DNA of 64,000 nt from assembly GCA_963827655.1 (NCBI GenBank), contig CAWHCF010000029.1:1-64000 (forward strand), given 5' to 3'. The DNA is from an uncultured Acidobacteriota bacterium (GTDB lineage Bacteria; Acidobacteriota; UBA6911). A program made the translations under genes and the position numbers. The notes under the pieces were generated by a model that was not told the origin of the DNA, searched no databases, and saw nothing but the letters and a program-made list of their open reading frames with translations. This document shows, in pieces, positions 54,072-64,000 of this stretch. Each line of letters starts with the position of its first letter. Position 1 is the first letter of the stretch.

Positions 54072-56270
54072 ATGCCGAATCGACGCGCTCGCGTTGCCTT
54101 CACATTCTTGATGATACTCGCCAGCGTTTCTGGCCGCGGGCAGAACGCTGTCGGGAGAAGGGATCCCGACGCCGGCAAGGTTGTTGTCTATCGCGACGAG
54201 TATGGTGTTCCCCACATCTTTGCCCCGACGGTTGAAGGTGGGGGATATGCGGTCGGATATGCTCAGGCCGAGGATCGGCTGGAGGAGTTATTGAAGAATA
54301 TTCTGCGGGGCACGGGAGAAATGGCGGCCGCGTTCGGAGCCGAGGAACTCAACAGCGACCTTCAGAACCGGATGTGGCGGCACTACGAGATTGCGCGGAA
54401 AAACTTCAATCGCATCCGCCCTGAGGTGCGCCGATACATGGCAGCCTACGTTCAGGGAGTAAACGACTACCTGACTTCGCACACGAGCGAGATTCCGGCC
54501 TGGTGGGGAGACCGGAAACTGGACGTGTACATGTCGGTGGCCCACGGCCGGCAGTTCATGTGGGGTTGGCCATCGGGCCAGGCGCTGGGAGAATTGCGCG
54601 CCGCCGGTATCAATCCGAACTTTGGCGCCGATTTCCGCAGTTCGAATCAAATGGCGATTGCTCCCGGGCGAACATCGGTCAAGGCTCCGATTCTGATCAT
54701 CGATCCACACCTTTCCTGGTGGGGCGCGACGCGGTTCTGGGAATTCCGGATCCACGCGGGAGAGCTCAATGGATCCGGATTCACCATTCCCGGTAATCCG
54801 TATGTCGGCCTGGGTCACACCGACCACACCGCCTGGGCGATGACCACCGGGGGGCCTGATACGGCAGATATATACGTCTTGACCTTGAATCCCGAAAACC
54901 CTCTTCAGTACAGGTACGATGATAGCTGGAAGACGCTGACGCCCCGTACCGTCCGAATCGCAGTGAAAGGGGAAGAGAAGCCACGCGAGGTAACGTTCCA
55001 CGACTCCCACAATGGGCCGGTTGTCGCCAAGGTCGGGAATAAAGCTTATGTCGCAAAACTGGCCTATGCGGATGAGGTGCAGTACGGCGAATCGTTCTGG
55101 CTCTTCAACCTGGCCAGGAATGTTGAGGACTTTCGCAAAGCGCTCGATCTCAACCAGATCATGCCCCAGAACGTTATGGTGGCCGACACCAGCGGCGACA
55201 TTTACTATCAGCGAACGGGGCGGGTCCCGATCCGCCCCGACGGATATGATTTTTCGAAACCGGTGGACGGTTCCACCAGCAAGACCGAATGGCTCGGGAT
55301 TCATCGCGCGCGCGACTTGATCTCGATCGAAAACCCGGCTCAGGGCTACATGCAGAACTGCAACATCCCTCCGGACGTGATGATGGTGAATTCCACTCTG
55401 ACTCCCGATCAGAAGAAGATCTACATGTTCAATCAGCCGGCGGGCCGGACGCACCAGCGAGCCGCCCAGGCGGTGCAAGTTCTTCACAAGGATAACTCTG
55501 TGACTCCCGAAGAGGCGATTGCTCTTGCCCTGGACAGCTACTGTTACCAGTACGATCGATGGACCGAAGCCCTGAAAAAGGCCGATGAAAAATACGGCGC
55601 CGCGTACAAGAACGACTCCGACTATCAGCAAGGGTTGCGAGAAATACTTTCGTGGAACGGGCGGTCCGATCCGGATTCTAAAAATGCTCTGAAGTACTAT
55701 TACTGGCGCCAGGGAATGAAACAGATCCTCGGCCCTGGATATCGGGACTTGATTGAAAAGCTGGCCGATTACATGGAGGCGTTGGGGAAACCCAAGCAGG
55801 CTACGGATGTCGTATCCGACGCGGAGTTCAAGGCGATGGCCGCGGGACTGGCACTGGCGATGAAGACCATGCGCCAGAATCACAACTCGCTGGACGCGGT
55901 TTACGGGCAGGTCTTTCGCGTCGGGCGGGAGGACAAGTCTTGGCCCGTCGGCGGTGGATCTCTTCAGGAGGAAGGAATGGCAACCCTTCGCGCGATTGGT
56001 TTTGGCAACCCGCGAGGCGACCACACGCGCTGGGGCGGGAGCGGCCAGACTTCAACCCAGGTTGTGCTCCTTACCCGTCCGGTCCGAAGCTGGACGCAAC
56101 CTCCAATTGGCCAGAGCGACCGGAGCGACTCGCCGTTCTTCCGGGATCAAGCGGAGAAACTCTTCAGTCCCGGCAAGATGAAGCCCACATGGTACGAGAA
56201 GAGCGAGCTATTGAAGCACGTCCATAGCCGAACCGAACTCAAGTATGTTCCGCCGGCGCCTGCCAATTGA
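54072..56270 (+). CDS. Penicillin/AHL acylase family (Ntn hydrolase)
   Basis: RDEYGVPHI, GYAQAEDR, beta-subunit start SNQMAI, DPHL.W, QNCN. Confidence 0.9.
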   Translation: MPNRRARVAFTFLMILASVSGRGQNAVGRRDPDAGKVVVYRDEYGVPHIFAPTVEGGGYAVGYAQAEDRLEELLKNILRGTGEMAAAFGAEELNSDLQNRMWRHYEIARKNFNRIRPEVRRYMAAYVQGVNDYLTSHTSEIPAWWGDRKLDVYMSVAHGRQFMWGWPSGQALGELRAAGINPNFGADFRSSNQMAIAPGRTSVKAPILIIDPHLSWWGATRFWEFRIHAGELNGSGFTIPGNPYVGLGHTDHTAWAMTTGGPDTADIYVLTLNPENPLQYRYDDSWKTLTPRTVRIAVKGEEKPREVTFHDSHNGPVVAKVGNKAYVAKLAYADEVQYGESFWLFNLARNVEDFRKALDLNQIMPQNVMVADTSGDIYYQRTGRVPIRPDGYDFSKPVDGSTSKTEWLGIHRARDLISIENPAQGYMQNCNIPPDVMMVNSTLTPDQKKIYMFNQPAGRTHQRAAQAVQVLHKDNSVTPEEAIALALDSYCYQYDRWTEALKKADEKYGAAYKNDSDYQQGLREILSWNGRSDPDSKNALKYYYWRQGMKQILGPGYRDLIEKLADYMEALGKPKQATDVVSDAEFKAMAAGLALAMKTMRQNHNSLDAVYGQVFRVGREDKSWPVGGGSLQEEGMATLRAIGFGNPRGDHTRWGGSGQTSTQVVLLTRPVRSWTQPPIGQSDRSDSPFFRDQAEKLFSPGKMKPTWYEKSELLKHVHSRTELKYVPPAPAN

Positions 56271-56313
56271 GGAAGTGTCCTGGAAGTCCTCGCGTCTTCG
56301 TGGTTGATTCTGG

Positions 56314-57516
56314 TTATGGTTCCCGAATGGTAAAGGAATCTGCCACAGTCCTGTCCAGGGTTCGGACCGCTTCGACTTGAAGTTCTTTTTTTGTTACTCG
56401 GACTCGCAGATAGTGCGGGGAACTCTCGCGGTAGGCTGTGATCGCGGGCTGTTCCTTGACGAATTCATAGAGTGACTTCCCGCCGCCTCCGCTTATGGCG
56501 AACACTACTCCGCTCGATTTACGATAAGGACCGGGACCGCTTTCGGTAACCGTTGCGCCTCTCAAGGGGTAGCTTCGTTCATAGTTGTGATTGTGCCCTG
56601 CAAACACCAGGTCGACCTGATAAGTATCCAGTACCGAGCGCATGGCGTCGATCAGCGGCTGATTGTTTAGCCTGCGGACATTGGAGCTGTACAGGGGATG
56701 ATGCTGGAATACGATCAACCAGCGGACCTTCTTATCCAGCCGCGCGCTCTTGAGAGTGCTGGTAAACCAATCCATCTGCTCCGGGTCGCTGAACTGATGC
56801 GAATTGAAGGCAACGAAGCGCGCTTCGCCATAGTCGAAACTGTACCGGCTCTCTGGAGGCGGAAGAGCGAGGCGGGTAAGGTAAGCCACGTATCCGATCG
56901 GCTTTCCGTCTACTTGCTCGTTTTCGTGGTTACCCAGCGTCGGCATCACCGGGATTCTTCGCGACAAGGGTTCCAACTGATCGAACCAGCGGTCCCATAC
57001 CGGTTGGTTTCCATTGGCGTAAGATAAATCGCCCAGGATTAGATGGAATGCCGGGTTTTCACTCAGGACCAGGTCGACATTGGTTTTGCTGGTCTCTCCG
57101 ACGCCGTGATCCCCGAACGCGGTGAACAAGAAGTCTTTGTCATCGGATGGAGCGGTTTCAAAGGAGGAAGGCGCGCTGAATCCGCCTTTCGGGTCGCCTA
57201 CTCGGTATGAGTAGCGCCGGCCCGGTTCGAGACCTTCGAGTACTGCTTCATGAATGATCCCGGTCTCGTAAGGATAGGAGACGCGCCGTCCCTCCGCCCT
57301 CTGGTCCAGTCTGTCCGACGCCCCATACTCGACGACAGATTTTTCCGTGGGTAGAGCGGTCTGCCACACCACGGTCATTGTAGTCTTGGGCGGGCCGCTC
57401 CAGGATAGACGTAACTGCGTCGGTAGCGTGCCATCCGGCGCAAGCGGAGACCCCGCCCATGCGAGCAGGGAGAAGACCGCGATGACGATTAAGGGCTGAA
57501 AGCGAACCGGTTTCAT
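56314..57516 (-). CDS. Purple acid phosphatase-like metallophosphoesterase with FN3-type N-domain
   Basis: FGDHG, GDLSY, GNHE, HHPLY, GHNHNYER. Confidence 0.9.
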   Translation of the reverse strand: MKPVRFQPLIVIAVFSLLAWAGSPLAPDGTLPTQLRLSWSGPPKTTMTVVWQTALPTEKSVVEYGASDRLDQRAEGRRVSYPYETGIIHEAVLEGLEPGRRYSYRVGDPKGGFSAPSSFETAPSDDKDFLFTAFGDHGVGETSKTNVDLVLSENPAFHLILGDLSYANGNQPVWDRWFDQLEPLSRRIPVMPTLGNHENEQVDGKPIGYVAYLTRLALPPPESRYSFDYGEARFVAFNSHQFSDPEQMDWFTSTLKSARLDKKVRWLIVFQHHPLYSSNVRRLNNQPLIDAMRSVLDTYQVDLVFAGHNHNYERSYPLRGATVTESGPGPYRKSSGVVFAISGGGGKSLYEFVKEQPAITAYRESSPHYLRVRVTKKELQVEAVRTLDRTVADSFTIREP

Positions 57517-57776
57517 CTGGCTGTTTCCGCGATGGCGGTACAGGGTACCACGATTCTTGGTGTTTCTTCGTGTCTTTGTAATCCTGGTGTTATTTGTTTG
57601 GCAGCTGTAACCACGAAGACACGCTAAAAGCGCTTCTTTGCGGCCGCAGGGCAGGTCAGGCCTTCGCGCTTGATGCTCTCCTGGTGGTAAATGTTGCCGA
57701 ACGGTCGCCTCTTCTCTTATAATGCGCCGTTCTTACGGTCCGCTAAAACATTCTTTCTCATGGGCCTTTAAGCTCC

Positions 57777-58421
57777 ATGCACCTAAGGACCAATCGTCTC
57801 TTTCTTGAGTCAGCCGCAAAGGACTTCAAGCGCACCGGTGCCGTGGTTCCCAGCTCCAGGACCCTGGCTAACGCGATGTCGCGCGAACTCGCCTGGCGTT
57901 ACAAGAGTCCGGTCCGGGTTCTCGAAGTCGGAGCAGGAACCGGACGAATCACGGAAGAGATCGTCCGCCATGTCTCGCTCGTGGATCACGTCGATATTTA
58001 TGAGATCGAGCCCACGCTGGCGAACCTGATCCGGCTGCGCATTCGAGAGGACAAGGCTTTCCGACATGTCGACGCCGCGCTTCGCGTGCACAATAAGCCG
58101 ATCGAAAAAATCGAGCGGCGCCCCCGCTACGACTTCGTGATTTCGTGTCTCCCATTCACAAATTTTCACCCAGGCTCGGTGCGGGACATCTTCGAAATTT
58201 TTCGGGGAATCCTCAAGCCGGGAGGTACCTGCAGCTTCTATGAATACATCTTCGTACGGAAGGCTGCCCGAATTATGAGCGGCAAGCCCGCGGAACGCGA
58301 ACGCATGCAAAAGGTGGGGCAAATCGTCCGCGAATATATCAATCGCTACGAATACAGTCATGAGGTCGTACTGCGAAATCTGCCTCCCGCGATGGTACAC
58401 CACATTCGCTTTACCGATTAG
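57777..58421 (+). CDS. SAM-dependent methyltransferase (phospholipid N-methyltransferase-like)
   Basis: GAVVPSSRTLA, VLEVGAGTG, SCLPF, RNLPPA. Confidence 0.8.
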   Translation: MHLRTNRLFLESAAKDFKRTGAVVPSSRTLANAMSRELAWRYKSPVRVLEVGAGTGRITEEIVRHVSLVDHVDIYEIEPTLANLIRLRIREDKAFRHVDAALRVHNKPIEKIERRPRYDFVISCLPFTNFHPGSVRDIFEIFRGILKPGGTCSFYEYIFVRKAARIMSGKPAERERMQKVGQIVREYINRYEYSHEVVLRNLPPAMVHHIRFTD

Positions 58422-58579
58422 CCCCCAGCGCAGTCGAAGTGTTCCTGGTGCCGGCGGGACTTGACGGCTATTTGGCTCCTGGGCATGCGCACCGGTTTCC
58501 GAGCTGCTGTGAGCGGCGTCATACGATCTTTGCTTGGCGAGTCGAGACGCCGGCGTTTCGATTACGTTCGGATCTTGTC

Positions 58580-59849
58580 ATGACTACCGACGTTGTAAAG
58601 AGCTGGCTCGAAACCGAGGCAGCCCATCTGTCCACGCTGGAGCCATCCGCTCCGCTCGAAGATCTTGACTTCCTCGCCGAGGTGGTTGGAGACGCGCGCA
58701 TTGTCGGGGTGGGAGAAAGCGCTCATGGAATCCACGAGTTCTATCTGGCGCGCCACCGCATCCTTCGTTTCCTGGTTGAGAAGCTGGGATTTCGTGCCTA
58801 CGTCCTGGAGTCAGGCTGGTGCGAGGGTGTTGCCGTCAATGACTGGGTACATGGCGGTACGGGTAATCTTGTCGATCTTCAACGAAGCGGCTTCACCTAT
58901 GGAATGGGGGCATGCAAGGAGATGACCGCCCAGCTCGAGTGGATGCGCGCGCACAATCGGGCGGGCGGCCCCGGCGTCGATTTCTCCGGCATGGACATGA
59001 TCGCAGCCCTGGCAACGCCGGAGCCCGGTCTTCGGCCTGCCCTTGCCTACCTCGAGCGGGTCGACCCGCCGGCAGCGGAGTACTTCCGGAGAGAAGTTAT
59101 CCCGCTGGTCGAGCGATTCGCATCTGACGAGCCGGACATGGCACGGTACCTCGCTATTCCGGCGGCCGACCGCGACCGGCTTACTGCGCTGCTGACAGAC
59201 ATCGCCCTGTTGTTTGACGACCGCAGGATCCAGTACATCTCGGCGACCAGTCTTGAGGACTACACAATTGCCCGCCAGCACGTCGCGCTGGTGAAGCAGT
59301 TCGACGATTTCATTCGCCATTTTCCTACGACCCCCGAGGCCGACGACGTGCATCCGCTTTGCGGACGGCCGCATGCGCGACCGTTACATGGCGGAGAACG
59401 TGGCGTGGATCCTCGATCATCTGGGTTCTGACGCCCGGATCGTCGTCGCGGCGCACAACGGCCATCTGCAGCGCAAGCCGTTGACCGTGACCATGGGAGG
59501 ACAGGAGGTGACCGCAATACCGACCACGCTTGGACAATACCTGGACGCTGACTGGTCCGACGATTACCGGCCCATCCTTCTTACCCATCGTGCTGGACAG
59601 ATCAGCGCGTCGCCTCCTGTCGTTCTGAGTGCTCCGGATGAGGACTCGCTCGCTGCGCTTCTGGCACGTGGCGGCGTGGAGCGGCTTCTCGTCGACCTCC
59701 GGTCCTGGCCCACCGATGGGCTGGTAGGAGAGGAGCTGGATAGCGTGACGATCATGCGCTTGAACGAAGACTACGCCTCCGTCGACCCGCGCCGTGGGTT
59801 CGACGCAGCCCTGTATGTCGACACAACGAGCCCCTACGAGAAGATTTGA
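58580..59849 (+). CDS. Erythromycin esterase family protein, one frameshift near 59360
   Basis: VGVGESAHGIHEF, RDRYMAENV, AHNGH, FDAALY. Confidence 0.8.
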
Positions 59850-59910
59850 TCGTGCCTTACCGTTCGTTGTGGTTACACGATCCGAGTCGACTTTGGCAAG
59901 GAGCAATTCT

Positions 59911-60897
59911 ATGAGGATTCTGGTCCTGTTGTTGGCAGCCCTGCACCTCGCTCAGGCAACGCCGGACGAACGGCCGGCGCTGGCGGTAGTTGAGAAGATT
60001 TCGGGGTCGGTCGGGTTTTATACAGCCGAGGGCAAACGCATCGGCGGCGTACAGGTGGGAGTCCACCCGCACGAGATCATCCTCTCACCTGACCGGCGCT
60101 ACGCCTACGTGTCTGACAACGGGATTCTGTGGATGACGAACCCGGGTGAGGGAGGCAATACGATCTCGATCATCGACCTGAAAAGCATGAAGAAGGCCGG
60201 TGTAATCTCGCTGGGCAACTATCGCCGTCCTCACGGGATGGACGTGGACCCCAAAACAGGCCGGCTCGTGGTGACAATCGAGAACCCTGACGGCCTGCTC
60301 CTCGTCGATCTGTCGGAGCGCAAGGTGCTGCGAAAGTACGATGTCCAGGGGGGCGATCCTCACATGGTGACGCTGAGCCGGGACGGCCAACACGCGTTCG
60401 TGAGCAACACCACGACCAACACCATCGCCGCAGTCCATCTCGATACCGGTAAGGTGACGCTGATTCCGACCGACGCTCGACCCCAGGGAGGTACCCTTTC
60501 GCGCGATGGCAAGCGCTACTACATCGCCAATGCCGAGGGCAATTCCATTGCGATCATCGACACCGAGAAGAAACAACGCATCGGGACGATCAAGTGCGGA
60601 CGGGGCGCCGCCCGGGTCGCGCTGACGCCTGATGGCAAGACGCTGGTCTACAACCTGGGCGAAGGCGGCAACGCGGTCGGGTTCGCGGACGTCGCGTCGC
60701 TGAAGGAAACAACAGTTCTGCCTATCGGCGGCCGCCCGCTCTCGCTGACTCTCTCAAGCGACGGTCGATTCGCCTACCTCGGCGTTCAGGACCAGGACAG
60801 GATCGTAGTCGTCTCGGTACCCGAACGGAAGATTGTCCGGGTAATCGAGACTCCGAAGGGGGCCGGCCCGGATCCCGCGCTGCCGCTGAATTGGTGA
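59911..60897 (+). CDS. YncE/YVTN-type beta-propeller protein, exported
   Basis: AAGGAG RBS; signal peptide; repeats PHE..LSPD, PHG, LSRDG, LTPDG. Confidence 0.85.
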   Translation: MRILVLLLAALHLAQATPDERPALAVVEKISGSVGFYTAEGKRIGGVQVGVHPHEIILSPDRRYAYVSDNGILWMTNPGEGGNTISIIDLKSMKKAGVISLGNYRRPHGMDVDPKTGRLVVTIENPDGLLLVDLSERKVLRKYDVQGGDPHMVTLSRDGQHAFVSNTTTNTIAAVHLDTGKVTLIPTDARPQGGTLSRDGKRYYIANAEGNSIAIIDTEKKQRIGTIKCGRGAARVALTPDGKTLVYNLGEGGNAVGFADVASLKETTVLPIGGRPLSLTLSSDGRFAYLGVQDQDRIVVVSVPERKIVRVIETPKGAGPDPALPLNW

Positions 60898-61014
60898 GGG
60901 CTACGCCTTTCACCAATTTCAGATGAATGGTTGGCTAAACTAACTGCGTACGCTCGTCGCCCAATCCTTCTGTGCATAATCTGAAATTGGGAAAAGCGTA
61001 GCCTGTCACCAGTT
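60889..61014. repeat. Long intergenic inverted repeat (REP/MITE-like)
   Basis: GGCTACGCCTTTCACCAATTTCAGAT (60899-60924) vs ATCTGAAATTGGGAAAAGCGTAGCC (60979-61003). Confidence 0.7.
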
Positions 61015-61015
61015 T

Positions 61016-62566
61016 TCACAGCGGCGGTGTGCGGGCAACCCAGGGCCTGGCTTTTTCGAGCTGCGCGGCCAGTCGTAAGAGAGTCGCCTCGTCGCCAAAA
61101 CGCGCGGAAAACATAACCCCGACCGGCAGTCCGTCCGGCGTCCAGTGCAGCGGGACAGATGCCGAAGGCTGGCCGGTGACGTTATACAGCGCCGTGAACG
61201 GACTGAATTCCACGACCTCTTTCATGAAGACCTGCATGTTCTCCGGCGAGAGGCTCAAGACTCCCAGGTTCACCGGCGGCTTGGCCAGCGTGGGGTTCAG
61301 GATGACATCGTACTTCTCGTGGAATCTCGCCATCAGCAGGCCCACCTGATGAAGCGTACCGATGGCTCGGGAATAAGCCACGCTGCTGACCGCGCGCCCC
61401 ATCTTCGCCATTTCCCAGGTGACCGGCTCGACGTCTTTCTCGGTGACCGCGCGGCCCAGTGAGCTGGCCGCGTCTTCCAGCGTGCGAGCGAGTGAAACCG
61501 TGATGATGTTGAGGAAGGATTCGCGCATCGCGGCGAAATTGATCCCAGGTTCGTACGGTTCGACCCGATGACCCAGGCTCTCGCAAAGCTTCGCCGCCTC
61601 GGTCGCGGCGTTCCGGCATTCGGCGTCCACCGGAGTTCCGGTCGGAGCGGCAAGCGCCAGGGCGATGCGCAGCTTGCCCGGATCGGCCCCGACTTCTTTC
61701 AAGTAAGGCCGCGGCGGTGGAGGAGAAAAATAGGGTGAGCCTGCTTCAGCGCCGCCGGTGGCGTCGAGCAACGCGGCGCTATCCCGCACCGTCATCGTGA
61801 GAGCGTGATGCGCGGATAGCCCATTCCATCCTTCGAACTGGGTCGGGCCCATGGGCACTCGGCCGCGCGTAGGCTTGAGACCGAACACACCGCAGCAGGA
61901 GGCCGGGATCCGGATAGAGCCGCCGCCATCACTGCCGTGCGCCATCGGGATGATGCGGCCGGCCACGGCGGCCCCGGCGCCGCCCGAGGAGCCGCCTGGG
62001 GTGCGCTCGAGATTCCAGGGATTGCGCGTCTTGCCGTAGAGCACCGATTCCGTGGTCGTGGTGAGACCGACCTCGGGCGTCGTCGTCTTGCCGAAGATCA
62101 CCAGACCCGCATGCTTGTAGCGCGCTACCAGAGTGCTGTCAAAGTCGGGCGTGTAGTCCTTGAAGACACGGCTGCCGGCCGACGTCACGGTTCCGGCCAG
62201 GTGCTGTCCCAGGTCTTTGAGCGCGAAGGGCACGCCCCGGAACGGACCCTGCGGAAGACCTTGCTTTATCTGAAGCTCGGCCTTTTCGAAGAAGAGCTGG
62301 CAGAACGCGTTCACCTTCGGGTTGAGCCTCTCGACCCGGGCGCGGACGGCCTGGAGGAGTTCGAGCGGGCTGATCTGTTTTTTCGCGATCAGCTCCGCCA
62401 GGCCAAGCCCGTCGTGCCGATCGTATTCGGCGGCCAGCCCGGAGAAGGGAAGGGGCGCGCCGACGGCGCTTCTGACACCGCGTTCAAGGGACATCAAGGG
62501 CGCTAACGCGCCTGCAGCCGCGAGCCGCGCCAGCAGCTCGCGACGGCTGATCCGTTTGGAATCCAT
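61016..62566 (-). CDS. Amidase signature family protein with Tat signal
   Basis: SRRELL twin-arginine motif; GVPFALKD, GGSSGG, GSDGGGSIRIPAS. Confidence 0.92.
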   Translation of the reverse strand: MDSKRISRRELLARLAAAGALAPLMSLERGVRSAVGAPLPFSGLAAEYDRHDGLGLAELIAKKQISPLELLQAVRARVERLNPKVNAFCQLFFEKAELQIKQGLPQGPFRGVPFALKDLGQHLAGTVTSAGSRVFKDYTPDFDSTLVARYKHAGLVIFGKTTTPEVGLTTTTESVLYGKTRNPWNLERTPGGSSGGAGAAVAGRIIPMAHGSDGGGSIRIPASCCGVFGLKPTRGRVPMGPTQFEGWNGLSAHHALTMTVRDSAALLDATGGAEAGSPYFSPPPPRPYLKEVGADPGKLRIALALAAPTGTPVDAECRNAATEAAKLCESLGHRVEPYEPGINFAAMRESFLNIITVSLARTLEDAASSLGRAVTEKDVEPVTWEMAKMGRAVSSVAYSRAIGTLHQVGLLMARFHEKYDVILNPTLAKPPVNLGVLSLSPENMQVFMKEVVEFSPFTALYNVTGQPSASVPLHWTPDGLPVGVMFSARFGDEATLLRLAAQLEKARPWVARTPPL

Positions 62567-62792
62567 GGTTGAAGCTCCTCGCGCCATCCAGCGCCGCAAA
62601 CGGGAGGCGACGGCAGGAGGCGCTTGCACGATTTTCTCGAGGGGAACAGTTATAAGCGCTGATCCGAGGGATTTCCAAGGCCAATCTGCAGTGGGGGAAA
62701 GCGCCCTTCACATAAAGCTGAAAACTCGGCGGCGGCACTATTGTGCTGAAATCCGAGCGGCGCAGTGGTGAGGTTTGTTATACTGCGGGATT

Positions 62793-64000
62793 ATGCGACT
62801 ATCACGACTTCTCTTAGTGCGTCAGAATTTTCCGGATCGCGCCATACGCGACATTCCGGCCGAAGTACACGGGCAGCTTTCCCGATCGCCATTCGCCGCC
62901 GGGCTGAAGCCCGGATCCCGGGTTGCCATCGGAGTCGGGAGTCGGGGCATTGTCAATATCGCCGTGATCGCAAGGTCGGCCGTAGAGTACTGGAAGTCGG
63001 CGGGTATGCGGCCCTTCATCTTTCCGGCGATGGGCAGCCACGGCGCCGCCACTGCGGAAGGTCAGGCCGACGTGCTGGCGCATTACGGGATCGTCGAGGG
63101 CACGATGGGCTGTCCGATTGTCAGTTCGCTCGACGTCGTTCCGCTGGGGAAAACTCCGGAAGGCATCGACACCTTCATGGATCGCAGCGCTTTCGAAAGC
63201 GATGGCGTGATGCTCCTGGCCCGGGTGAAATGGCACACGGATTTTGCGGGCAAGATCGAAAGCGGCCTGCACAAGATGATGGCGATCGGCCTGGGGAAAT
63301 TCGCCGGGGCTCAACGCTACCACACCTTTGCCCACAGGCTCGGACTGGAGCCCGTGATTCGGAGCATCGGCCGGCAGGTGCTTCGCTCCGGAAAGATTCT
63401 CGGGGGACTGGCCATCCTCGAAGATGCCCATCACAATACGGCGAAACTTGCCGCCGTCCCGGTCGACGACATGGAACGGGGCGAAGAGGAACTGCTGGCG
63501 CTGGTCAAATCCTGGATGGGCCGCATCCCAACCGATCTCGACATCCTGATTCTGGACGAAATCGGCAAGAACATCAGCGGAGCGGGAATGGATACCAAGG
63601 TGGTCAACCGCAGCGTCTATGGCGCCTATAACCCCTGGCCCGACACGCCGCGCATCGAGCGCATCTTTGTGCGGGATCTGAGCGAGCTGACCTATAACAA
63701 TGCGACGGGCCTGGGAATGGCCGATGTGGTTACAGATCGCCTGGTCGATCGCGTCGACTGGAAGCCCACCCACATCAATGCGCTGACGGCTTCCACGCCG
63801 GCGGCAATCCGCACTCCGATCCATTTCCCGAGCGACCGTGAGTGCCTGGAACGTATCGCGCCGACAGTGGGGAAGGTGGATATGGGTGAGGTCACAATCG
63901 GCTGGATTCGCAATACCATGGAACTCAGCCTGCTGGCGCTCTCCGAAAACCTGCGGCCTCAGATCGAAAACAATCCGCAACTAGAAATCCTGGGCGATCC
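62793..64000 (+). CDS. Lactate racemase domain (LarA-like/DUF2088) protein, runs off the window end
   Basis: Translated by hand: VAIGVGSRGI.NI, PAMGSHGAATAEGQ, RVKWHTDF, IGKNISGAGMD; no stop seen before 64000. Confidence 0.8.
   Translation, partial: MRLSRLLLVRQNFPDRAIRDIPAEVHGQLSRSPFAAGLKPGSRVAIGVGSRGIVNIAVIARSAVEYWKSAGMRPFIFPAMGSHGAATAEGQADVLAHYGIVEGTMGCPIVSSLDVVPLGKTPEGIDTFMDRSAFESDGVMLLARVKWHTDFAGKIESGLHKMMAIGLGKFAGAQRYHTFAHRLGLEPVIRSIGRQVLRSGKILGGLAILEDAHHNTAKLAAVPVDDMERGEEELLALVKSWMGRIPTDLDILILDEIGKNISGAGMDTKVVNRSVYGAYNPWPDTPRIERIFVRDLSELTYNNATGLGMADVVTDRLVDRVDWKPTHINALTASTPAAIRTPIHFPSDRECLERIAPTVGKVDMGEVTIGWIRNTMELSLLALSENLRPQIENNPQLEILGD

Noticed and set aside
54288-56024. 578-aa minus-strand ORF
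   Set aside because: Antisense to the well-supported acylase gene.
62765-63980. ORF-track calls 62765-63631 (+) and 62814-63980 (-)
   Set aside because: The real gene is in another + frame starting at 62793 and is missing from the track because it has no stop within the window.

Overview
Bacterial genomic DNA, most likely Acidobacteriota (inferred from a VWFA-Acidobacterial-type protein, TPR proteins and the intergenic repeat families). Single-base indels cluster at 1-5.6 kb and 18.7-24.9 kb, which suggests uncorrected long-read consensus errors and/or decay. Layout: (i) 1-9.2 kb, a putative peptide-signalling locus: a frameshifted TPR-GAF-sigma54 activator convergent with a membrane HD-GYP/GAF/degenerate-GGDEF protein, preceded by an unannotated array of at least six micro-ORFs (10 and 19 aa, each with its own RBS, all ending in x-I-[VL]-W-[YL]-stop) and a PqqD/RRE-like + M50 protease + HlyD fusion; (ii) 9.4-15.6 kb housekeeping genes (FGE-family lipoprotein, RlmI-like, CCA enzyme, TPR protein, lepB); (iii) 15.6-25.9 kb mobile debris around tRNA-Val(TAC): phage remnants, integrase fragment, high-GC type I R-M locus with garbled hsdS TRDs, Hjc-like pseudogene, MazE/F-type TA pair; (iv) 26-64 kb metabolic genes, including a giant TPR + VWA pair, siroheme synthesis genes under an apparent Cys-codon ribosome-mediated attenuator, an F420 cluster (npdG-cofD-cofC-cofE-PPOX), acyl-CoA dehydrogenases, exported hydrolases and two related MITEs. 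The two best leads are the Trp-terminal micropeptide array with its flanking processing and sensing genes, and the Cys attenuator.
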